A DNA stretch of 56,444 nt from Chloroflexota bacterium (GTDB taxonomy: Bacteria; Desulfobacterota; Binatia; UBA9968). The translations under genes were made by a program, and so were the position numbers. Shown here piece by piece: positions 8,044 to 16,662 of this stretch. Under the pieces are notes generated by a model, which saw nothing but the letters and a program-made list of their open reading frames with translations, did no database searches and was not told where the DNA came from. How positions within the stretch are numbered: position 1 is the first letter of the stretch; every line of letters begins with the position of its first letter. Location: the NCBI GenBank assembly GCA_050257635.1, contig JBLMXG010000117.1, positions 1-56,444 of the forward strand, written 5' to 3'.

Positions 8044-9384
8044 ATGGCAACGATGATCACCAGTGATTGCATTAATTGCGGGGCATGCGAGCCAGAATGC
8101 CCGAACAACGCAATTAGCCAGGGTGATCCGGTTTATGTGATCGATCCGAAGCTGTGCACGGAATGCGTTGGCTTTCACGATTACGAAGCCTGTGCCGCAG
8201 TCTGCCCGGTCGATGTATGCGTGACCGATCCGAACAATATCGAATCCGAGGAGGTTTTGATCGCGCGAGCTCGGTCGCTGCACCCGGAGACTGACTTCGG
8301 CGATAATTTTCAATCTCGTTTTCGAAAAGGAGCGGCTAGCAGCCCGGCTCCGGCAGCTCCAGCCACTGCGCCGCAAGAAAAAGCTGAGTCCCCTGCCGAG
8401 CCCGCGTCAAAACCCGCAGCACCGGTAGCTCAGGCTGCAGCTCCCAAGCCACCACCAGCGCCGCCGGCGCCGGCGGCAGCGAAACCGGGACCGGTCAAAA
8501 AGGAACTGAAGCCACAGAAAACCTTTCCGGGCGAGCTGCCGATCAGTTTCGACGACGCTTTGGATAAATACGTCAGCGGCACGCCCGCGCTGAAAGGTGT
8601 GGTTCGATGGGCGATGATCCTTTTGCAGCCGGCCATTGGGGCTTTGCCGCACGCTACCAAGAAGCGGCTCGAGACAGCGTTGCAGACCCCATTGTTTACT
8701 GCCGCGGGGAGCACGGCGGTCAACATCGCGCATAATGCCGTCCTTTATCCTCTTGCCTGCATGGCGATTGCAGCGGTGGTTCATGGCCCGGCGATTATTT
8801 TCACCCAGGATATCAATAAATATATTCTCATCGGGCTGGTGCTCGCCGCGGCGGAAGGCATCGTTCGTCTAAAGGATGGAATTTTTGGACTAAAGCCAAC
8901 CGAAGAAATGAAATTTCTTCCGTCTTTTTATGGCGCGCCACTGGGAATAATCGCCGATTCGCTGTTGGCAAAATATACCGACTTGGTCCGAGATATTCCG
9001 ATCCCGGTGGACGGTTTTTATTCAAAAGGGTTTGTCGACAAGCTCGAACGCGAACGGCGCTACGGCAATGTCTATACAGTGGAAGACCGCGGCGGCGCTT
9101 ATCTGGTCCGAATGGAATTCCCGCGATGGACGCCGGATATCGGCATTCCGAACCGCCGGCAATTGCCGGATGAAATGCCGGATTACGATTACGAGCTCGC
9201 TTTACCGGACGGGCAGCTGGTTATAAAAGGCAAATGCACGGATGAGAGGGTCCGGAAAATCTCTTCCAGCGTAGGCGCGTTTCCGCCTGAATTTGTCACG
9301 GTTATTCCCTTACGCGAGAAAAGCGTCGGGTTTTCACATCGCTTTGAGAATAAGGTTCTCGAGGTTCTGGTCGCGAAAGGGTGA
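8044..9384 (+). CDS. YfhL-like 2x[4Fe-4S] ferredoxin fused to a Pro/Ala linker, a membrane segment and an Hsp20-like C-terminal domain
   Basis: CINCGACEPECP and CTECVG...CAAVCP; APAAP-rich linker; hydrophobic helices; C-terminus VEDRGGAYLVRMEFP...LVIKGK...F...IPL...FENKVLEVLVAK resembles the alpha-crystallin pattern. Confidence 0.75.
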   Translation: MATMITSDCINCGACEPECPNNAISQGDPVYVIDPKLCTECVGFHDYEACAAVCPVDVCVTDPNNIESEEVLIARARSLHPETDFGDNFQSRFRKGAASSPAPAAPATAPQEKAESPAEPASKPAAPVAQAAAPKPPPAPPAPAAAKPGPVKKELKPQKTFPGELPISFDDALDKYVSGTPALKGVVRWAMILLQPAIGALPHATKKRLETALQTPLFTAAGSTAVNIAHNAVLYPLACMAIAAVVHGPAIIFTQDINKYILIGLVLAAAEGIVRLKDGIFGLKPTEEMKFLPSFYGAPLGIIADSLLAKYTDLVRDIPIPVDGFYSKGFVDKLERERRYGNVYTVEDRGGAYLVRMEFPRWTPDIGIPNRRQLPDEMPDYDYELALPDGQLVIKGKCTDERVRKISSSVGAFPPEFVTVIPLREKSVGFSHRFENKVLEVLVAKG

Positions 9385-9398
9385 TTCTTCCACGGAGA

Positions 9399-9941
9399 AT
9401 GGCGATCGCTCACGACACGAAACCAAGATCGAATCTCACCGAAGAGCCACAGGCGAATGCTATCACCTGTGGCTCTTTCGCTTTCGAGGATGGCTTGCGA
9501 TTTCGGCCGATAACCGTCGCCGACTTAGATGACATCATGGTTATCGAAAGGAACTCGTTCCCCGTGCCCTGGAGTGTCAACTTTTTTCGCCAAGAACTGC
9601 AGGTTGCCTGTGCTCGTTCGGTTCTTGCTGAGTCCGATGGCAAGATCATCGGGTACGTTCTCTTCTGGTTATTGCCGGGGGCTATCGATGTCCACAACAT
9701 CGCGGTGCACGTCGGCTATCGGCGCCGCGGTATTGCACGCATGCTTTTGAGCCGCGTGGTGGGGGAAGCGAGGCGGCGCGCCATATATCGAGTTTTACTT
9801 GAAGTACGCCGTTCTAACTTCCCGGCTCAAAAGCTTTATGAAGCGCTCGGATTTAAGACAACCGGAATTCGCAAGGGTTATTATTCGGATAACGGCGAAG
9901 ATGCCCTAGCGATGACACTTGAGTTAAACAGCGTGAGTTGA
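9399..9941 (+). CDS. rimI: Ribosomal protein S18 alanine N-acetyltransferase
   Basis: IERNSFPVPWS, NIAV...RRRGIA, LEVRRSN..AQKLY..LGF...GIRKGYY...EDA; start uncertain. Confidence 0.88.
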   Translation: MAIAHDTKPRSNLTEEPQANAITCGSFAFEDGLRFRPITVADLDDIMVIERNSFPVPWSVNFFRQELQVACARSVLAESDGKIIGYVLFWLLPGAIDVHNIAVHVGYRRRGIARMLLSRVVGEARRRAIYRVLLEVRRSNFPAQKLYEALGFKTTGIRKGYYSDNGEDALAMTLELNSVS

Positions 9942-10043
9942 GCTTCAAAGCTAAAAAACGTACTAAGCAGGGCTTAATATTTTATGTTTAATCAATTGAA
10001 ACATCTATAGAATCCGTAATTATCTTCCCCTAATCACGTTCCC

Positions 10044-10075
10044 TTGACGGCCTCTGCCCGTCTGTTGTATATATT
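10044..10075 (+). promoter_or_regulatory. Putative sigma-70 promoter upstream of carD
   Basis: TTGACG at 10044, AT-rich TATATATT -10 region at 10068-10075. Confidence 0.5.
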
Positions 10076-10094
10076 AAAAGTTAGTTAAGCGAAT

Positions 10095-10127
10095 TTAGCG
10101 GTCTGCTTTTTGACCGCTAATTTTTTT
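10095..10127 (+). terminator. Intrinsic terminator-like hairpin between rimI and carD
   Basis: TTAGCGGTC / GACCGCTAA perfect 9-bp stem followed by T7. Confidence 0.6.
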
Positions 10128-10323
10128 GAAGGTTTCCAGCATCGGATGAACGAGAGCGGAATGATTGATACGCCCCAAAGCCAGCCGCTGACTAATCTGC
10201 CGTCCATCCGTTCAACCTTCCAACAGCCCTTCTCGTACGACCTTCCACATTTCCTTAATTTCCATCGACAGCCGTTCAGATTTGCTAAAACGGGCGACAG
10301 TTTCGATTTAGGAGGGAATTTCT

Positions 10324-10806
10324 ATGTTTAAAGTCGGCGAGAAGGTAGTTTATCCGGCCCACGGGGTCGGCGAGATTGAAGCGATACGATCCCATGTCAT
10401 CTCTGGCACCGAGAAAAAATTTTATATGCTGCGAATTCTCGAGACCGACATGAAGATCATGATTCCGATCGACAACGTTGAATCCGTGGGATTGCGAAAA
10501 ATTATCGACCGCGCCATGGTGACGAAAGTCTACAAAGTGCTGCGCCAAAAGAAAGTCGAAACGGACCAACAGACATGGAACCGTCGCTATCGGGAATATA
10601 CCGAGAAGATTAAGACCGGTTCCATCCTGGAAATCGCAAAAGTTTTACGGGATCTTTTTGTCCTCAAGGGCGACAAGGAGCTTTCCTTCGGTGAAAGGAA
10701 AATGCTCGACACGGCGCGGAACCTTTTGGTCAAGGAACTTTCCATCGCGCGCTCCCATTCCGAAGAGAAGATCATGGAGGAACTGCGCCATATCTTTACC
10801 CATTGA
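10324..10806 (+). CDS. carD: CarD/CdnL family RNA polymerase-binding transcription factor
   Basis: FKVGEKVVYPAHGVG, QTWNRRYRE, LSFGERKMLD; classic carD-ispD synteny. Confidence 0.93.
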   Translation: MFKVGEKVVYPAHGVGEIEAIRSHVISGTEKKFYMLRILETDMKIMIPIDNVESVGLRKIIDRAMVTKVYKVLRQKKVETDQQTWNRRYREYTEKIKTGSILEIAKVLRDLFVLKGDKELSFGERKMLDTARNLLVKELSIARSHSEEKIMEELRHIFTH

Positions 10807-10831
10807 GATTCGTCCATTGCGCTTGAACGTG

Positions 10832-10869
10832 AAAAAAGCCGGGAGCGTCACTCTCGGCTTTTTTATTTT
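10832..10869 (+). terminator. Intrinsic terminator between carD and ispD (possibly bidirectional)
   Basis: AAAAAAGCCGGGAG-loop-CTCTCGGCTTTTTT. Confidence 0.7.
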
Positions 10870-10878
10870 GAATAACCC

Positions 10879-11577
10879 ATGCGAGTAACCGCTATCATCC
10901 TTGCCGCTGGCAAAGGCCGCCGTATGGGCGGAGAAATTTCCAAAGCCTACCTACCCATCGCCGGTCGGCCACTGGTGTTACGGACTTTGGATCGCATTTT
11001 CTCTGCGCGGACGATCGATAACGTCGTTTTGGTCATTGCCGCTGGTGAGTTTGCCCGCTGTGAGGCTATGCTGCGCGGCGATGTTGAGCTTCGAGACCGG
11101 CGCTGGAGTTTGCAGAGCGGCGGCGCAACCCGCCAGCAGTCGGCAAAGCGCGGTCTCGAACGGGTCGAGTCCGACAGCGATATCGTGGTCATTCATGACG
11201 GCGCCCGTCCCTTCGCTTCCGCTGCGCTGATTGATCGGTGTGTCGAGGCCGCGGCGGAAAAAGGCGCCGTCGTCGCCGGTCTGCCCGTGCGCGATACCAT
11301 CAAGATCGTCTCGGCGAATGGTTTGATTCAAGCTACCCCCGAGCGTAGCGGCTTATGGGAAATACAAACGCCTCAGGCGTTCCGACGAGAATTGATTGTC
11401 GCGGCGCACGAGCGAGCGGAGCGCGAGGGTGCGCAAGCAACCGACGATGCGACGGTCGTGGAGCGCGTTGGAGAACCCGTCTACGTTCTTGAAGGGGAAC
11501 GAAACAACTTTAAAATCACCTTGCCTGAAGATATTTGGCTCGCCGAAACTTTGATCCGCGAAGGTAGAATTTCCTAG
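10879..11577 (+). CDS. ispD: 2-C-methyl-D-erythritol 4-phosphate cytidylyltransferase
   Basis: LAAGKGRRMG, GGATRQQS, IHDGARPF, QTPQAF, TDDA, NFKIT. Confidence 0.95.
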   Translation: MRVTAIILAAGKGRRMGGEISKAYLPIAGRPLVLRTLDRIFSARTIDNVVLVIAAGEFARCEAMLRGDVELRDRRWSLQSGGATRQQSAKRGLERVESDSDIVVIHDGARPFASAALIDRCVEAAAEKGAVVAGLPVRDTIKIVSANGLIQATPERSGLWEIQTPQAFRRELIVAAHERAEREGAQATDDATVVERVGEPVYVLEGERNNFKITLPEDIWLAETLIREGRIS

Positions 11578-12386
11578 ATGGCGGCTTTTTTCAGGCCCTC
11601 GTTCAGGCTGCCGCTGCGAAAGCCCTGCAGATCCACACTGACGTAGCGGAAACCCAGCTCCTTGAATTTTTTCACGATCGCGTCTCTGATGCCTTTCTCG
11701 AAGAGCCGGTCAATCTCGTTGTGAGAGATTTCGATGCGCGCCAGATCGCCATGATAGCGCACGCGGAATTCACGGAAACACAGCTCCTTCAGGAAGACTT
11801 CGCAGCTGCCGATCTGCTGGAGCCGAGCGAAATTAATTGCCGTGCCGTAGGGAAACCGCGAGGACAGGCAGGGGCTTGATGGCTTGTCCCAAGTCGGCAA
11901 ATTGAGCTCTCGACTGTAACGGCGGATGTCGGCTTTGGTCATCTCTGCATCCACCAGGGGATGGCGCACGCGCCATTGGTTTGCCGCTTGCAGTCCCGGC
12001 CGATGATCCTGCAGATCGTCCAAGTTCGTGCCGTCGACCACGGTGGCGATGCCGAGCTTGTCGGCCTCGGCGCGACAAATCCGATACAGCTCATCTTTGC
12101 AAAAAAAGCAGCGATTGGTGGGATTTTGCGAGTACGATGGATTGTCCAGTTCGTGCGAGTCGAGAATGAGATGGCGGCAGCCGAGACTCGCGGCAAACGC
12201 TTTGGCGGCGTCGAGTTCGCCGGGCGGCACGGAGGGCGAAGACGCGGTAAGGGCAATGGCCCTATCGCCGAGCGCCAAATGCGCTGCCTTGAGCAGAAAA
12301 GTTGAATCGACGCCGGCGGAAAAAGCCACCAGCAGCTCGTTATTCTCGCTCAAGCTGCTGGTTAATTGTTCGAACTTTGCGTCCAT
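11574..12386 (-). CDS. larE: ATP-dependent sulfur transferase LarE family
   Basis: [10 protein letters not shown]-loop, [42 protein letters not shown]. Confidence 0.9.
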   Translation of the reverse strand: MDAKFEQLTSSLSENNELLVAFSAGVDSTFLLKAAHLALGDRAIALTASSPSVPPGELDAAKAFAASLGCRHLILDSHELDNPSYSQNPTNRCFFCKDELYRICRAEADKLGIATVVDGTNLDDLQDHRPGLQAANQWRVRHPLVDAEMTKADIRRYSRELNLPTWDKPSSPCLSSRFPYGTAINFARLQQIGSCEVFLKELCFREFRVRYHGDLARIEISHNEIDRLFEKGIRDAIVKKFKELGFRYVSVDLQGFRSGSLNEGLKKAAI

Positions 12387-13315
12387 CGCCTGTCGCTAAA
12401 GAGATCGGTGCTCAGGTAGTGCTCGCCTTTGTCGGCAAAAATCGTCACCACTACATGCCCCTTGCCCAGCTTCTTTGCGACTTTTAGGGCGGCGCAGCAC
12501 GCCGCCCCGGAGGAGATTCCCACTAAGAGGCCCTCTTCGGCTGCCAGTCGGCGCGTGTAAGCCGTCGCTTCTTGGTCGCTCACGGTGATTACTTCGTCGA
12601 GAATTTGCCGGTTGAGGACCGCAGGAATGAAACCGGCGCCGATCCCCTGGATTTTGTGGAAGCCCGGTTCGCCTCCCGAAATTACCGGCGACGCGCCGGG
12701 CTCCACAGCGCAGATGCGCACACCTTTCATTTTTTCCTTCAAAAGTTCACCGACGCCGGTAATCGTTCCGCCGGTGCCGACCCCGGCGACGAATGCATCG
12801 ATGCGCTTGAACTGCTTCAACAATTCGACCGCAGTAGTCCTGCGGTGCATTTCCGGATTGGCGGGATTGTTGAACTGTTGTGGCATGAAGTAATCGTCAT
12901 GTTCCTGCAGCAACTCTTCCGCCTTGTGAATCGCGCCGCCCATCCCCTTGGTGTCCGCGGTGAGGATGAGGCGCGCGCCGTAGGCGCTTAACAGGCTGCG
13001 CCGTTCCTCGCTCATCGTGTCAGGCATGGTCAAAACTAGCCGATAGCCTTTGACTGCCGCGATCAGAGCCAAACCGATGCCCGTGTTACCGCTCGTGGGC
13101 TCTACGATCGTCGAGCCAGGTTTTAGCTTGCCTTGGCGCTCCGCGGTTTCGATCATGTTCAGGCAGATTCGGTCCTTGACCGAGCCGCCCGGATTGAAAG
13201 ACTCCATTTTCGCCCAAACTTCGGCGTCGTCTTTTCCAGGGAGTATTCGCAGTTTAATCACTGGGGTGGAGCCGATAAGATCCAGAACGGATCGGGCGCC
13301 ATTCAAGCTTGCCAC
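12362..13315 (-). CDS. cysK: Cysteine synthase A (O-acetylserine sulfhydrylase)
   Basis: [44 protein letters not shown]. Confidence 0.93.
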   Translation of the reverse strand: MASLNGARSVLDLIGSTPVIKLRILPGKDDAEVWAKMESFNPGGSVKDRICLNMIETAERQGKLKPGSTIVEPTSGNTGIGLALIAAVKGYRLVLTMPDTMSEERRSLLSAYGARLILTADTKGMGGAIHKAEELLQEHDDYFMPQQFNNPANPEMHRRTTAVELLKQFKRIDAFVAGVGTGGTITGVGELLKEKMKGVRICAVEPGASPVISGGEPGFHKIQGIGAGFIPAVLNRQILDEVITVSDQEATAYTRRLAAEEGLLVGISSGAACCAALKVAKKLGKGHVVVTIFADKGEHYLSTDLFSDRRWTQSSNN

Positions 13316-13395
13316 AATTTAGCTCGTCTTTCTTGAAAGGTGTGAAATTCGAATTGATGTCTGTTCGATGCTATATTCTACGCTCGCCAATGTCA

Positions 13396-14427
13396 ATGAA
13401 ATCAAAACCGACTGACACCGCCGCGCGGGAAGACGCGCGCACTTGTGTCCTATTTCCGGGCGCGCTCGGCGATTTTATCTGTTTTCTGCCGGCCTTGCGC
13501 GCGCTCGCGGAACGCGCGTCGCTCGATCTTTTCGCGCAGAGCCAGTTCGCCGATATCGTCCCTGAAGGCGTCGCAGTGCAGTCGCTGGAGCGGCCCGAGA
13601 TCGGCAAATTGTTCACAAGCGAATCAGTGGAAGACGAAAGTTTAAAAAGTTTTTTCGGCGCCTATGACGCGGTTTATTCATGGTTCGGCAGCGGAAACGA
13701 GGGATTCGTTGCGCGCCTGCAAGCGCTCGCCGCCGGTCGGGCGCAGCTCTTTCCGTTTAGTCCAGCGGCACCTCAGGGCCACCAGACGGACTATTACCTC
13801 AGCTGTTTGAATCGCGGTGACGGTTCGCCATGTCAACCGACGATCGCGCTGCGTTGCGACGCGATCCTTTGGCGGGAGGATTTCTGGGCGCGCCATGGGC
13901 TCGACTCGCGACCGGTCTTGGCGATCGCGCCGGGAAGCGGCGCGCGGGAGAAAAATTGGCCCGAGGATTTCTTTCTCAGCGCGGCCCAATGGTGGCGCGC
14001 CGCCACGGGAGGCACGGTGATTTTGTTGGTCGGGCCAGTCGAGCAAGAACGAGGCGGGATCGAACGGCTCCGACGGAGCTGCTTGGTGGCCAAAGAACTG
14101 AGACTGTCCCACGCCGCCGCGCTGCTTTCTCGGTGCACTGTCTATTTGGGCAACGATAGCGGGATGTCCCATCTTGCCGCGGCGCTGGGAGTTCGCACCG
14201 TTGCGATCTTCGGACCCTCGGCCGTTCGCCAGTGGATGCCGCGCGGAGACAAAATCACCATTGCGCGGCGAAATATCGCCTGTTCCCCATGTTCTGAGCC
14301 GACGATGGAAACCTGCCTCCACCGCGCCTGTCTGCGCGAACTCCTGCCCAATGAGGTAACCGGTGTCTTGGCGGCATTGCCAGAGGTGATTACCTTGACA
14401 AGGTCCAGGCCAGGGATTAGAGTTTGA
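13396..14427 (+). CDS. Glycosyltransferase family 9 (heptosyltransferase-like)
   Basis: PGALGDF, APGSG..EKNWP, YLGNDSGMSHLAAALG, IFGPS, CSPC...C...C; start uncertain. Confidence 0.85.
   Translation: MKSKPTDTAAREDARTCVLFPGALGDFICFLPALRALAERASLDLFAQSQFADIVPEGVAVQSLERPEIGKLFTSESVEDESLKSFFGAYDAVYSWFGSGNEGFVARLQALAAGRAQLFPFSPAAPQGHQTDYYLSCLNRGDGSPCQPTIALRCDAILWREDFWARHGLDSRPVLAIAPGSGAREKNWPEDFFLSAAQWWRAATGGTVILLVGPVEQERGGIERLRRSCLVAKELRLSHAAALLSRCTVYLGNDSGMSHLAAALGVRTVAIFGPSAVRQWMPRGDKITIARRNIACSPCSEPTMETCLHRACLRELLPNEVTGVLAALPEVITLTRSRPGIRV
14395..14423 (+). promoter_or_regulatory. Putative sigma-70 promoter at the end of the GT9 gene
   Basis: TTGACA-17 nt-TAGAGT. Confidence 0.6.
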
Positions 14428-14610
14428 TGCGAGAAATTTTGTTGAAATTCAGCCAAAGAGACTGCTTTCAGTCCAGCAGCTACGCAAAGGGTCGCCACGG
14501 GTGGCTTAAAATAGCGTTTGCAACGTACGAATCGATGCCTGGAAATCTGCAGGTGCTTAGCGCCCGACCGGTTTCTGGGCTTTTTTTCTTGTCGGTCTGG
14601 GAAGCGTAAG

Positions 14611-15045
14611 ATGGCTAGCGAAGACGAAAAACAAATCGGCGGCAAGGGGTTTACGGTTCAAGATCGGCGCCGTTTCTCGCCGGAAACAGGCGACGCTCGC
14701 GCTGATGCGCCGGAGGTATCTTCGGCTGGCGCCCAGGCCTCGAAGCCAGGCGGTGAGAAAGCCGAGTCGGCCGGCCAAGCGGAGCACGAGCCATTACCGG
14801 AAATCAACTTTTCGGCATTTGTCATCAGTCTCAGTACGCAGGCCTTAATGCATTTGGGCGAGATTGCCAACCCGACCAGCGAAAAAGTCGAGATCGATGT
14901 GCCGGTAGCTAAACAGATGATCGATATTTTGGCAATGCTTAGAGACAAGACGCGGGGCAATCTCAATGCCAGCGAAGACCGCCTGATGGAAGATATCCTG
15001 TTCGATCTTCGCATGAAGTACGTCGAAGCCGTGCGAAAGCGCTAG
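14611..15045 (+). CDS. DUF1844-family protein
   Basis: GFTVQDRRRF, INFSAFVISL...ALMHLGEI, AKQMIDIL..L.DKTRGNL...E..L...L.DLRMKYV. Confidence 0.8.
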   Translation: MASEDEKQIGGKGFTVQDRRRFSPETGDARADAPEVSSAGAQASKPGGEKAESAGQAEHEPLPEINFSAFVISLSTQALMHLGEIANPTSEKVEIDVPVAKQMIDILAMLRDKTRGNLNASEDRLMEDILFDLRMKYVEAVRKR

Positions 15046-15054
15046 GAGTTGTCG

Positions 15055-16548
15055 ATGGGTTTGAAGAATATCTGGGGTGGCGGTGTCAGTCTGAAGGCGG
15101 TGGCATTGATTGCCTTGACCTCGCTTGTGGTCGGGCTAGGAATCAGCGGTAGCTTGGACTGGTTGGCGCCGAGCCGGGCGGTCAATCTCGTGGGCGACGC
15201 GGGCAATAGCGACAGCCGTCTTTCGAGCGGACTTCCCGATTTCGTGAATCTAGCCAAGAAGATGAAGCCCCTGGTCGTGAATATTTCGACCACGCAGGTG
15301 AGCGAAGGACGCGGGTCGCAAGAATTCGGCAGTCCGTTCGGTGAAGAGGACCCATTCAACGATTTCTGGCGGCGCTTCTTCGGCGGCCCGGTGCCGCGCG
15401 GCCCGCAGCGCCAGCGCAGCCTTGGGTCGGGCTTTATCATCGACAGCGATGGCTCAATCCTCACAAACAACCATGTCGTGGAAAATGCTTCCAAGATCGT
15501 CGTCAAGCTTTCCGACGACGAAGAGTATGAAGCTAAAGTCATCGGCCGGGATTCGAAAACCGACATCGCCGTCATTAAAATCAACGCGAAGACCAGTCTG
15601 CCGGCGGCCAATTTTGGCGACTCCGACCGCCTCGAAGTCGGCGAGTGGGTGGTTGCGATCGGCAACCCTTTCGGTCTCGACAGCACTGTTACGTCCGGCA
15701 TCGTCAGCGCCAAAGGCCGGCATATCGGGCAAGGCCCTTACGATAATTTCATTCAAACCGACGCGTCGATTAACCCCGGCAATTCCGGCGGGCCGTTGAT
15801 CAATTTGCGCGGTGAAGTGATCGGCATCAACACGGCGATTTTCAGCCGCACCGGCGGCAATATCGGCATCGGCTTCGCTATTCCGATCAATTTGGTCAAA
15901 GAAGTGCTGCCGCAACTCCGCGGCAAGGGCAAAGTGGTGCGCGGTTATCTTGGCGTGCTGATCCAAAAGGTCACGCCCGAAATCGCCGACAGTCTCGGCA
16001 TGGAAAGGGGCTACGGCGCCCTCGTGGCCAACGTATCGAAAGACGGACCGGCCGACAAGGCAGGGGTGAAGGTCGGCGACGTAATTGTCGAGTTCGACGG
16101 CAAACAAGTCAAAGACTCGGGCGATCTGCCGATAATCGTCGCGCGCACTGCGGTGGACAAGAAAGTTCGCATGCGGGTGTTGCGCGACAAGAAGGAAATC
16201 GTTCTCAACGTGGCCGTAGGCGAGCTCAAAGATGAAGAGGTTGTCGCCACCGCTCCCGAGAAAGGCGAACTTGGTCTAACCGTCCAGCGGCTCACGCCCC
16301 AAATGGCTGAAAGCCTCGGCGTGGAGAGGGCTGAAGGTGTCGTGGTTACCGCTGTCGAACCGGGAAGCGCCGCCGACGAATCCGGGATTCGCCGGGGCGA
16401 TATTATCGTGGAAGTCGACCGCAAGCCAGTGCGCAACCTCGACGACTACAAAAAAGCCGTGGCCGGAGTGCGAAAAGGCCGAGGCGTGCTCTTTTTGGTG
16501 CGGCGCGGTGAAAGCACGTTGTTCCTCGCTCTCAAGCCCCAGCCCTGA
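15055..16548 (+). CDS. Periplasmic HtrA/Do serine protease (DegP/DegQ) with two PDZ domains
   Basis: [34 protein letters not shown]; AGGAG RBS. Confidence 0.93.
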   Translation: MGLKNIWGGGVSLKAVALIALTSLVVGLGISGSLDWLAPSRAVNLVGDAGNSDSRLSSGLPDFVNLAKKMKPLVVNISTTQVSEGRGSQEFGSPFGEEDPFNDFWRRFFGGPVPRGPQRQRSLGSGFIIDSDGSILTNNHVVENASKIVVKLSDDEEYEAKVIGRDSKTDIAVIKINAKTSLPAANFGDSDRLEVGEWVVAIGNPFGLDSTVTSGIVSAKGRHIGQGPYDNFIQTDASINPGNSGGPLINLRGEVIGINTAIFSRTGGNIGIGFAIPINLVKEVLPQLRGKGKVVRGYLGVLIQKVTPEIADSLGMERGYGALVANVSKDGPADKAGVKVGDVIVEFDGKQVKDSGDLPIIVARTAVDKKVRMRVLRDKKEIVLNVAVGELKDEEVVATAPEKGELGLTVQRLTPQMAESLGVERAEGVVVTAVEPGSAADESGIRRGDIIVEVDRKPVRNLDDYKKAVAGVRKGRGVLFLVRRGESTLFLALKPQP

Positions 16549-16662
16549 CGATTCTGCCGATCGTCGTTCGCGCAACGAAACGAGGCAGATAGCCCAAGGC
16601 TTCGGCTTCGTTTCGTTGCTTTTACGGCCAATCTGCGCGACACTTAATATACGTTTGAGGCG

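Noticed and set aside
14440-14530. c-di-GMP-I riboswitch or 6S RNA identity for the structured region
   Set aside because: Only ACGCAAAG matches the riboswitch; there is no GGCAAAC/GNRA P2 arm, no clear 6S central bubble and no zapA/ygfA synteny; kept as an unassigned candidate
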